A DNA stretch of 64,000 nucleotides, taken from a virus. This document shows, piece by piece, positions 34,153-42,700 of the stretch. Position 1 is the first letter of the stretch. Every line of letters starts with the position of its first letter. The DNA lies in the IMG/VR virus record IMGVR_UViG_3300046535_001092, positions 33,164-97,163 of that record; one strand, written 5' to 3'. The notes beneath the pieces are model-generated. The model saw only the letters and a list, made by a program, of their open reading frames with translations, made no database searches and was not told where the DNA came from. The position numbers were made by a program, and so were the translations under genes.

Positions 34153-36460
34153 TTTGACCTTGTTGATGTTGCCAGATCATGTAGAGTGAGGTGAGGAGGG
34201 GGAGACCCTTCTCCTTGATTTGTGCCTTCAGTTCAGGGGAGATCCTAGTGATCCATGATTCAAAGCTATTGGTATTCTTCTGTCCGAAGATGGGATGGTC
34301 CTGTTGTCTTTTTAGGAGATCAACTAATCTACGCTCATTTCTTAAGGTGTTATTACCTTCTGTACCGGCTAGTTTGGGCCATACAGATGCTACCTGTCTA
34401 GGATCATTAGCTGTGACGCCTAGGGGATTAAACTCTTGGTCGTGAGGGACCTCGACAATCTGCCCAAAGTTTCCACCAGCATAGATCTGATTCTTATTCG
34501 TGGGGGGAGCCTCGATAGGTGCCTTCTCCACGCCCTTAGCCTCAGAGAAGGGCTTGAGGATTCTATTTACCCTACCTGCCTCTTGGACATCATAGTAGGA
34601 CTTCATGCCCTCGGCCCTAGGCTGGTAGACACCAAACTCAGGCGAAGCTTGTATGCGTTTCCATGCCTTGTCTGCACTAACCTTATGACCACCCTGGTCA
34701 TAGAGGAGAGCACCTAGACCCTCCCTGGTCTTAATATGACCACTTACATTATTGATAAGACCTCGTCTAATGGCTTCCTCTCCAATATCTGGGATACCTT
34801 GACCACGTCCTCCAACCTGAGGCTGGAACCTAACGTTCCATCCCTCCTCAGTGGGGTGCTTCTCCCAGGTTAGTTGTTGGGTACCATAGCGTTTGACCTG
34901 TTGGTCACCTGTAGTCCATCCATACCATGACTTCTCTGGGTCATTAACCACATCCATGATATGTTGCTTGGTTACAAGATCAGGCCAGGATTCCTTGAAG
35001 GGCTTATCTGGAACTGCGTCCATACTATTATGATCCATATCTAGCTGGTTGAGTTGGTGCTCATTCGCTAGATACTTCTTGACCATGTCTCTGAGGTCTT
35101 CATTACCAGGAGTGTTAAGGCCATACTCTTGCATTGCATAGTCATAACCACGCTGTCTGGCTGTCCAACTAACATTACCTAGATAGTCAGCTGGATGGTC
35201 TCCTCCAGTTACAGGTGAGCCTGCGAGAGCCTCTTGAAGATCCTGATACATAGCCATATGGTCTGCAGATAGCTTGTCTATCTGTCTTTGTCTGTCTGGA
35301 TCCTGGTAGCCAAACTCCTTACCGGCTTGGTGGAGGTCTGACTGAGACTCCTCATTGAACTGCCCTAACTCGCCTGAGCCAGTAGGCTTGTCCTGTGTGA
35401 ATCTGTCCATAGCGCTCTCTGGAACGGCTAGTCTACGGTCGGTATGCCGAGTGTGTGCCATGATGTCGGGATCAGAGAAGTGCCCACCAGTATATTGAGC
35501 ATTGTAGGGCTGCTGCATCTGCTGCATCTTCATGCGTCTATATTCTTCAGCTATGTTCCCGTAGTCTTCTGGCCTTTCTGACATAACATCAGCTAGAACA
35601 CTCTCATTAGGATTATACCCATACTTCTTCTGATACCAGGTTGAGAACTCTTGAGGATCAATCTCTAGTGGCTTAGGGCCTTTGAGCTTGATTAGAGTCT
35701 CGGTGTAGTTGGTGCCTCCAGGTTGTCTGAGATCTTTTCTATCTGCATATTGGGCAGGCCTGTAGTTCATGTCCTGCATCTTCTCAGCCTTCCAGATACC
35801 TACAGATGTCTTATAGGTCTCAGGGTGCTCGCTGGCATTAGGTGCAAGATGTTGATCATATCGCTTGTAATACCAATCTCTAAACTCAGGCTGCTCCAGG
35901 ACATCCCTTACTGGTGCCCTAGATAGGGGGTGCTCTGGGCCACCTAGTCTAGATACCTCCACGTCTAGAGGATTGTCTTTAAGGTGATTGAGGATATCCT
36001 CCCTACTAATTTTGGGTGCTCTCTGGTCAGCCAGGAACCCTGGTAAACCTCTAGTGGCTATTTCCTCGCCTGAGGCCATGTTTTTGGCTACGGAGAGGGC
36101 ACGGTTGGGAGCTACCATGGAGGGTAACTCTTCCATAGACCTAGTTAGCCTAGAGTAGGTCCCAGGGATCCCCTTAAGACCGCCCACGAGGGGCAAGGCT
36201 GCCCCTAGGGTGGCGAAGGCATTAGTGGTAGTCCTACCGGCAGGCCCCTGGTCTCCTAGCCCTGTAATGCCCTTGAAGGCCTCCATAGCCTGGTCCACCC
36301 CCTTACCCATATATCGCTGGGCAGGAGACAGCTTGGCCTGTGCCCTCTTAGCCACCTCATCCTGAAGGGCTTGCTGGTCAGGAGTTAATGGCTCAGGGGT
36401 GGGCGGTAGGTTAAAGCCTAACTTAGATAGTAGGATCTGAGTAAGGGTAGGGTCAGGCAT
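34115..36460 (-). CDS. putative ejected polyvalent-type protein (PGG.NY.E, HF..AH.R, EE.QSD.HQ domain)
   Basis: Conserved domain of large phage ejected proteins, recognised by eye. Confidence 0.65.
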   Translation of the reverse strand: MPDPTLTQILLSKLGFNLPPTPEPLTPDQQALQDEVAKRAQAKLSPAQRYMGKGVDQAMEAFKGITGLGDQGPAGRTTTNAFATLGAALPLVGGLKGIPGTYSRLTRSMEELPSMVAPNRALSVAKNMASGEEIATRGLPGFLADQRAPKISREDILNHLKDNPLDVEVSRLGGPEHPLSRAPVRDVLEQPEFRDWYYKRYDQHLAPNASEHPETYKTSVGIWKAEKMQDMNYRPAQYADRKDLRQPGGTNYTETLIKLKGPKPLEIDPQEFSTWYQKKYGYNPNESVLADVMSERPEDYGNIAEEYRRMKMQQMQQPYNAQYTGGHFSDPDIMAHTRHTDRRLAVPESAMDRFTQDKPTGSGELGQFNEESQSDLHQAGKEFGYQDPDRQRQIDKLSADHMAMYQDLQEALAGSPVTGGDHPADYLGNVSWTARQRGYDYAMQEYGLNTPGNEDLRDMVKKYLANEHQLNQLDMDHNSMDAVPDKPFKESWPDLVTKQHIMDVVNDPEKSWYGWTTGDQQVKRYGTQQLTWEKHPTEEGWNVRFQPQVGGRGQGIPDIGEEAIRRGLINNVSGHIKTREGLGALLYDQGGHKVSADKAWKRIQASPEFGVYQPRAEGMKSYYDVQEAGRVNRILKPFSEAKGVEKAPIEAPPTNKNQIYAGGNFGQIVEVPHDQEFNPLGVTANDPRQVASVWPKLAGTEGNNTLRNERRLVDLLKRQQDHPIFGQKNTNSFESWITRISPELKAQIKEKGLPLLTSLYMIWQHQQGQNAQTPPSTQPEQ

Positions 36461-36469
36461 GATGTAGGG

Positions 36470-37459
36470 TTATCTAGTAGCTCCATTATCTTTGTTAAAG
36501 TAGTTACCAGCTCCACCTGCAATCTTACTCATGGTATCTCCGAAGCCTGCTCCTAGACCTGAGCCTGCTCCACCACCAACCATACTGCCAATAGCGCCAC
36601 CTATGCCGCCTGTAGCACCACCGGCACCACTAGCAACTCTACCAGCAGCGTTGAGGGCATTACCAAAGTCTCCACCGACACCACCTTGCTGCTGGTTGTA
36701 CCAGTCGTTCTTCCCACTTTTATAGGTAGGACCAAGGAGGCTCTTGAGGAAGCCTGGATCGTGTGGATCAAACTTGCGGGGCTGACCACCTGGAGGGGTA
36801 CCTGGCCCTTGCTGGGGAGGATTAATACCCGCAGCTTTACCCATGGCGTCCATGAATGAACCTCCACCTCCACCCATAGTATGCATGACAGGTTCATAAC
36901 CAGCATCAGTCATACGCTGATATAGGACATTCAACTCATTTCTCGTGGGGTCGTTGGGATTAGATCCCGAGATGGGAGTAGGGTAATTCTGACTCTCCTT
37001 TTGAAGTTCATTGATACGATCAATAGTGTTCTGAAAGTCCTGGTCACTGAGGGGGGCTGTACCCTTACCATTGTTCATCCAGTCTTTATTGCCACCGGGA
37101 GCACTCCCTCCACCACCCGGCATCTGGAAGATGGGTGGGAATGGGAAGGTTCCTCCGCCACCACCTGGAAGTGGGAAGGGACGTGGTGCGTTGGGATCCT
37201 TGATGACATCTGGCGCTCTCTGGATATCTCCTGGTTGGGGAATTCTGCCTGTCATCCCGCCTGGGCCTGTGTCAGGCACGACGGAGCCATCTGGGTTGTG
37301 CATGGTTCCATCAGGATCTTGATAGGAGCCATTCCCACCTGGAGCAGGACCATTCATTCCACCATTGAACCACTTCATGAAATCTGGAGGAAGATTGCTA
37401 TTATCATTCCCGCCAGAAGGGTCGAACTGTCGTTGCAACATTTGATCAAAGAGTGACAT
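36470..37459 (-). CDS. Gly/Pro-rich putative internal virion protein
   Basis: Low-complexity ORF with glycine-zipper-like C-terminus. Confidence 0.65.
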   Translation of the reverse strand: MSLFDQMLQRQFDPSGGNDNSNLPPDFMKWFNGGMNGPAPGGNGSYQDPDGTMHNPDGSVVPDTGPGGMTGRIPQPGDIQRAPDVIKDPNAPRPFPLPGGGGGTFPFPPIFQMPGGGGSAPGGNKDWMNNGKGTAPLSDQDFQNTIDRINELQKESQNYPTPISGSNPNDPTRNELNVLYQRMTDAGYEPVMHTMGGGGGSFMDAMGKAAGINPPQQGPGTPPGGQPRKFDPHDPGFLKSLLGPTYKSGKNDWYNQQQGGVGGDFGNALNAAGRVASGAGGATGGIGGAIGSMVGGGAGSGLGAGFGDTMSKIAGGAGNYFNKDNGATR

Positions 37460-37469
37460 AATTTAAGTC

Positions 37470-38129
37470 CTAAAGAGAGCACGGGGTAAGAGGTCCCCAG
37501 AGTGCATATTTATATTGAAGGTGGGATAGGATCTTGGAGGGATAGAGTCTATTCTCTGTCATGGCTGAAGGGGATCTTGAGGAGTACCGTTCCACCGATC
37601 CGAACCATCTGTTAGTGTCTCCGCCACTTTGTTTAGTAAGTGTTTTATCACGGTTGAGATTGCCCTCACCGCCATTATAAGCTGAGAGGGTGAAGCCCCA
37701 TTGGTTGCAAGCATCAGAGGCGGTAGATTGTCTATCATATAAGTACTTATCATATATGGCTAGGGCACGGATAGCCCATTGAGGCTCTAGGGGATTGTTA
37801 AGACTTAGAGTTTCTGGGAATCTTCTGGAGATCCAGTCAGCGGTGGAGGGAGTGAACTGTGCCAATCCTGAGGCATAGACTGAACGAGCAGTCGTGTCCC
37901 AAGAAGATTCTGCCTCAATTTGTCCGGCCATCGTAGCGACGGGTGCAGAGAGTCCCCACACGAAGCGTGTATTAGTAATGACCATTCTTTCATACTGTCT
38001 AGCCTTAGACGGAACTGAGTTAGAGGCCAAGGGAGAGGGCAAGAAGGACCCCAACGACAACGATAGCACGAGCAAGGAGACGGGCAGCACCAAAGGCATC
38101 AGCATCCACCTTATCAATAGGGGTAACAT
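37470..38129 (-). CDS. endolysin, SLT lytic transglycosylase with N-terminal hydrophobic (SAR/signal-like) segment; start may be 38105
   Basis: QIEAESSW, ASGLAQFTPST, SAYNGG, EN..YP. Confidence 0.9.
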   Translation of the reverse strand: MLPLLIRWMLMPLVLPVSLLVLSLSLGSFLPSPLASNSVPSKARQYERMVITNTRFVWGLSAPVATMAGQIEAESSWDTTARSVYASGLAQFTPSTADWISRRFPETLSLNNPLEPQWAIRALAIYDKYLYDRQSTASDACNQWGFTLSAYNGGEGNLNRDKTLTKQSGGDTNRWFGSVERYSSRSPSAMTENRLYPSKILSHLQYKYALWGPLTPCSL

Positions 38130-38298
38130 ATTTGAATAGTTCTCGGTCTGCTGTATAGCCTAGGCATACCCCTAAGGTAATCTGGAGTATCTTAAAGAGA
38201 AGGACTCCTACCTGCTGTGGTGCTAGATATCCTATTAATAGTAAGGCTACCGTAGATATCCACAACCATCCACCTAATCTTCTCACGGTATCTATCAT
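38020..38298 (-). CDS. putative holin (2/3-TM holin family)
   Basis: APQQ..V.LFK, GY..DR.LF; three hydrophobic segments; adjacent to the endolysin. Confidence 0.8.
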   Translation of the reverse strand: MIDTVRRLGGWLWISTVALLLIGYLAPQQVGVLLFKILQITLGVCLGYTADRELFKYVTPIDKVDADAFGAARLLARAIVVVGVLLALSLGL

Positions 38299-38299
38299 A

Positions 38300-38497
38300 T
38301 TAGGCCTTGGGGAATTTAGGGAAGAGATTACGCAGCTTTCCCTGTTGTGTTGGCTCACGATATCTAGAGACATCTCTAGGAACCAAAGTTCCTGTAGAAG
38401 GAATAGAAGGGTTCTTAGTAGACTGTTTGAACCTCCGCTTAAGCATCTCTCCTAGGAGGGGGGATTTATGTGCTGCAGATTTAATTGGGTCGATCAT
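38300..38497 (-). CDS. small basic hypothetical protein
   Basis: ORF coupled to its neighbours. Confidence 0.55.
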   Translation of the reverse strand: MIDPIKSAAHKSPLLGEMLKRRFKQSTKNPSIPSTGTLVPRDVSRYREPTQQGKLRNLFPKFPKA

Positions 38498-38901
38498 TGC
38501 TGTTCTCCTTCAGCCCCTTCGGTGGGTGGGGGAGCACCCTGAGCTTGTGCTTGCATTGCCTCTTGGCCTTCATCATCTCCACCTTGTTCAGGTTGATCAT
38601 GGCCTGGCTGGAAGTTGTTGCAACAGCCTTGAGGATCGATAGGACCCGCTACAACCATGCATGCAGATGGAGCAGAGAAGAAGTGACAATGCTGACATTC
38701 GAATGGACCACTCTCTGATCCCATATAGCCAGCATGCTGCGGATCAATCTTAGAGTCATCACTATTATCTGCACCCTGATCATCTACTGGGGTGACATCT
38801 GTGGCTTCAGGATCTCCCTGTGCCTCAGGTGGTGGTGCAGACTGTGAGGGGTCATCCTGAGGTGGTGGTGGGGTAGGCTGTGGGGGAGCTATTCTTAGCA
38901 T
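38494..38901 (-). CDS. HiPIP-like [4Fe-4S] domain protein with acidic disordered flanks
   Basis: GY..CQHCHFFSAPSACMVVAGPIDPQGCCNNF matches HiPIP/Iro cysteine spacing. Confidence 0.72.
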   Translation of the reverse strand: MLRIAPPQPTPPPPQDDPSQSAPPPEAQGDPEATDVTPVDDQGADNSDDSKIDPQHAGYMGSESGPFECQHCHFFSAPSACMVVAGPIDPQGCCNNFQPGHDQPEQGGDDEGQEAMQAQAQGAPPPTEGAEGEQQ

Positions 38902-38903
38902 AA

Positions 38904-39296
38904 TTAATCTCTCTTACGGAGGTCAGTGCTACCAATCTCGATGCGTGGGTAGGCTAGTAGAAGCCTATCGACAGAGTCATTCCACTTCTTTAGTATAGCC
39001 TGATTCTCTCTAGTACTCTGAGCCACCTGCTCTATGATTGTAGCAATCTGTTGGTGGGTTACTTTCTGACCGTCCTCTAGAGCATCTAGGTGCTCAGTGA
39101 GGGAGCTAATCTGGTTATTCATAACTGCTGATTGAATCCTAATCTGTTCAGCTACTTCTATAAGGTCTCTCTTGTCTGTCTCGAGTGCGCCGATCCTTTG
39201 GGTTACGCTAGCATATGCAACACCGGATAGGCTCACCACAACAACTAAAAGGAAACCAATTATCTTGTTCGTGAGGTTATCCATTGCCTTCTTCAT
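38904..39296 (-). CDS. membrane-anchored coiled-coil protein (possible lysis accessory)
   Basis: N-terminal TM helix followed by a coiled coil. Confidence 0.6.
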   Translation of the reverse strand: MKKAMDNLTNKIIGFLLVVVVSLSGVAYASVTQRIGALETDKRDLIEVAEQIRIQSAVMNNQISSLTEHLDALEDGQKVTHQQIATIIEQVAQSTRENQAILKKWNDSVDRLLLAYPRIEIGSTDLRKRD

Positions 39297-39297
39297 T

Positions 39298-39741
39298 TCA
39301 GTGTCTGCTTAACATTGCTTGAAGCAGGACGGGGTTAGGGGACCAGTTGTTTGCATACGCTCCTTGGATTTTCTGTGCATTCTCAAAGCGGTCAACTGCT
39401 GGGGGGACTTTGCTGGAGGCGTTCGGTGGGGTAGGAGGAAGAGGTGCACCCGCTGGTGGCCCACCTGGTGGTGGGGGTTGGGGGGCACCCGCCCCTGCCC
39501 CTTGTGGGGGTGGGGGCATACCTTGTGGAGGTGCTCCTGGTGGGGGAGGTCCTCCTGGGCCTGGGGGTCCACCCTTGTCAGGGGGAGGAGCAGCCCATAG
39601 TCCGTTAGCAATAGTCTTAGGTAGAGGGGGAGGGCCTTGTGGGGGTTGAGGAGGTCCACCTTGAGGGGGTGGAGGCCCGCCAGGTGAGGGTGGCTGTGCG
39701 GCCATAGCCCTCTGCATCATCTGTTGTTGAAGTGGGTCCAT
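39298..39741 (-). CDS. extremely Pro/Gly-rich protein
   Basis: ORF coupled (TAATG) to the 1618-aa gene. Confidence 0.6.
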   Translation of the reverse strand: MDPLQQQMMQRAMAAQPPSPGGPPPPQGGPPQPPQGPPPLPKTIANGLWAAPPPDKGGPPGPGGPPPPGAPPQGMPPPPQGAGAGAPQPPPPGGPPAGAPLPPTPPNASSKVPPAVDRFENAQKIQGAYANNWSPNPVLLQAMLSRH

Positions 39742-42700
39742 TAGTATCTCTTAAGGAAGCCTAGGTCTACTGAAGACCCTGCTGGTGTCTCTGCTGATCC
39801 TGATGGAACAGTCTCACCTTTGGTTGGTAGTGTGTTGCGAAGACCAGGAATACCTGCTTGTGCTCTATTGGTGAGGTATTCGATTGGTGTTAGGTTATCT
39901 GAGGTTGTTTCTACTTCTCTAGGTTCGAAGAGTTTGTCTGACCCTTCCTTACGGTCTAGGGCCTCAGCTATAGGTCGAGTGACGTTAGTATAGCGAGAGA
40001 GGTAGTTCTTGGGAAAGGATGCCAAGTCTAGGACATCCTGGGCTGTTCTTAGTCCTGGAACATCTTTGAAAGCAGCCTTCGAAGCCCCGCTAATTTGAGA
40101 CTTCCAATTTTTTCCTCTATTAGATCCCATAGCCATACCTGCAGCAATTGGTAGACCATAGACGTTGGTCATGGCTCCAATTAGGGAGGCTGTCCTAGGG
40201 TGTTCTTTGACCCAGTCTTGTGGGGTGAGAGCGCCAGCGGCAACACCAACTCCAGTTCCAATACCTGCTTTCTTAACAACATTCATAGCAGCTTCTGGGG
40301 AGTCAGCTTGGAGGAGGTCAAGTAGACCTAGAGGAGAACGTTCGATACCAGCTGAGAGGCGGTTGAGGCCGATTCTAGCTAGGGGTTCGATGTTCTTGAG
40401 AATGGGATGAGATTGTAGGACCCCATAATAGCGTCCTGAGATAGGACCATCAGGCACCTTGGTGAAGGAATATTCTCCGATTTGTTCGGGGGAGAACCCT
40501 GTCCTACCCATATTACTTTTAAGGGCATTAGTAAACCCAGCCATTGTACGATGGATTGGGTTCTTTTGCAAGGCTGCTTCTAGGCCTGAGGCCTCCTCGG
40601 TGATGGGGGAGTTGAAGCCCTGCATGAAGTCAGCCTTGGCATTAGCTAGGCCACCATTCCTCATATTCTCGATGAATGGTTTGATCATCCTAGGGTTCTC
40701 TAGAAGGGAGGTAAGAATAGCCCCACTGTTAGAGGAACCATGACGCATCATAGATTCAGGGGAGAGCAGTCCAGCCATCTGGACCTTATTAAGGGTATCG
40801 ATGCCTTTCTCAAACTTGTTCTGATTCTCGACAAGCTGCTCAGCATTATTAAAGCCCTTACCATAGAAGGCTCTACCTAGGGATGGAAGCATATAGCCAG
40901 CCCCAGCACCTAAGAGGCCACTGGAGATTCTACCTAGAGGATCGGCTCCTTCTCCTGAGCCTAGAGGATCCTGTCTAGCACCCTCTTCACCGCCTACAGC
41001 ACCTAGACCGAGACGAACTGCAAGGAGTGGATCGATACCACCCTTGTCAGACTGTGCTCTGGCCCATGCGGTTAATGCTGCACGTCTAGCTTCTGGAGGA
41101 ATGTCTGGTTGGTCTAGTTCAAGGTTACCTGCTTGGGCTGTGAGGTCATCTACGCCCTTTAAGGTTTGGGCGTCGATAGCCTCCGGGCCTTGAGCAGCCG
41201 CTGCAGCCTTCTTAGCGTCTCTAGCTGCTTTGGCCGCGATAGTGGCTTTAGAAGTTTGAGCAGTTGTATCTGCAGCCTGAGCTGTGGAGACATTGGGGTT
41301 AATCTCCGGTGAGACCTCTTGGTTGAGGAATTTACGAAGGGTATCTGGACCCCCACTCTTGGTCTCTAAGCCTGCCTTACGAGCAGCATCCCCTACGGAG
41401 ATGCCTAGGTAACGCTTAGCTAGAGGATTGATGTTGGGGTCAGTCTGAGCCGTTCTAGAGGCCATTCCTGCAGCATCTAGGGGACTTCTGGCAACCATAC
41501 GCATTGGGATGGCACCTTGAGGTAGATCCTCAGCGGGACCCTCAGCGATTGGGGAGGTTGATGGAGCAGGGACATCTGGTGGTGGAGCAGCACCTGGAGC
41601 GATAGCCTTGAGTTCCTCTGCGACTGCGGGAGGAACCTCAGGGGCAGCAGGAGCAGGGGGAGTTGGAGGTGGTTGTGGTGCAATGGGAGCTGCACCTTGA
41701 GCTGGTGGTGGAGGAGCTTCAGGCGGAAGGGGAGGCTTAGCCATCTGCTCAAAGAGATCCTGACCACCTGGAGGAGGTGGAGGTTCTGGCATACCTGGTA
41801 GGGCAGCTTGAGCCTCTGGAGGTGGCTGAGAGATACCTGGGATCTTACCCTTCTCAAAGTTAATCTTACCAACCTGAGGGGTCTTGTTCTCGATGTTGGA
41901 GACGGCTTCTAGAGTTGGAAGGGAGGGTTCTACCTCGGCTTTGCCTAAGGTGGGTGGTGGAGTCTCGGCATCAATTCCAGGCTCATGTAGTTCGTCTGGT
42001 TCGGGGATGTCGAATGGAGCCTCATCTGGAAGCTTATTAGCAGCTGCTTTAGCAGCATTCTGCTCATCTAGAAGTTTAGATACTTCGTTATAATCAATAG
42101 GTGGTCTGGGGTTATCATTATATGGGAAGCTAGTACCATACTCACCCTTTAGTCTACCTTGAGCTATCTTACGGATAGCATTCATGGTGGCGTTGGTCTT
42201 GGAGCCTGGTTTAGCCTTTAGAAGTCTATCAGCTTGGGCAATGACTTGTCCTCTGGTTCCATAGCCACCCTCACCAATAACATCATGGTAGATGGGTGCT
42301 CCACCAGAACCAGCTACAATATCAGCCTGACCTCCTGCAGCGTTACCTGTTAATGCAGCTTTACCCTCTAGTTGGTTCCATGTTCTAGGGGTATAGTCCA
42401 CGGTGCTCATCTCGTCGATGAATCTTTTAACCTCACGCTCTTCCTCTGGAGATAGAGGAGTGTGTGGAGGCTGTGGGACCCTGGTCTTAACAGGTTTACC
42501 AGTCTTAGGATTAATCTTGGGATGGTCTACGACTGGAGATGGGTTAGCCTCTGGTGAGGTAACTCCTGGCATATCTGGTGGAACCTCAGCCGCTGCTGGA
42601 GCGGGAGGGGTGGATGGTGGGGGTTCTGGAGCTGCTGCTACTGGAGCGGCTGGTGGTTCGTCTGCAGGTGGAGGAATATCCTCTACCTTAGATGCAATAG

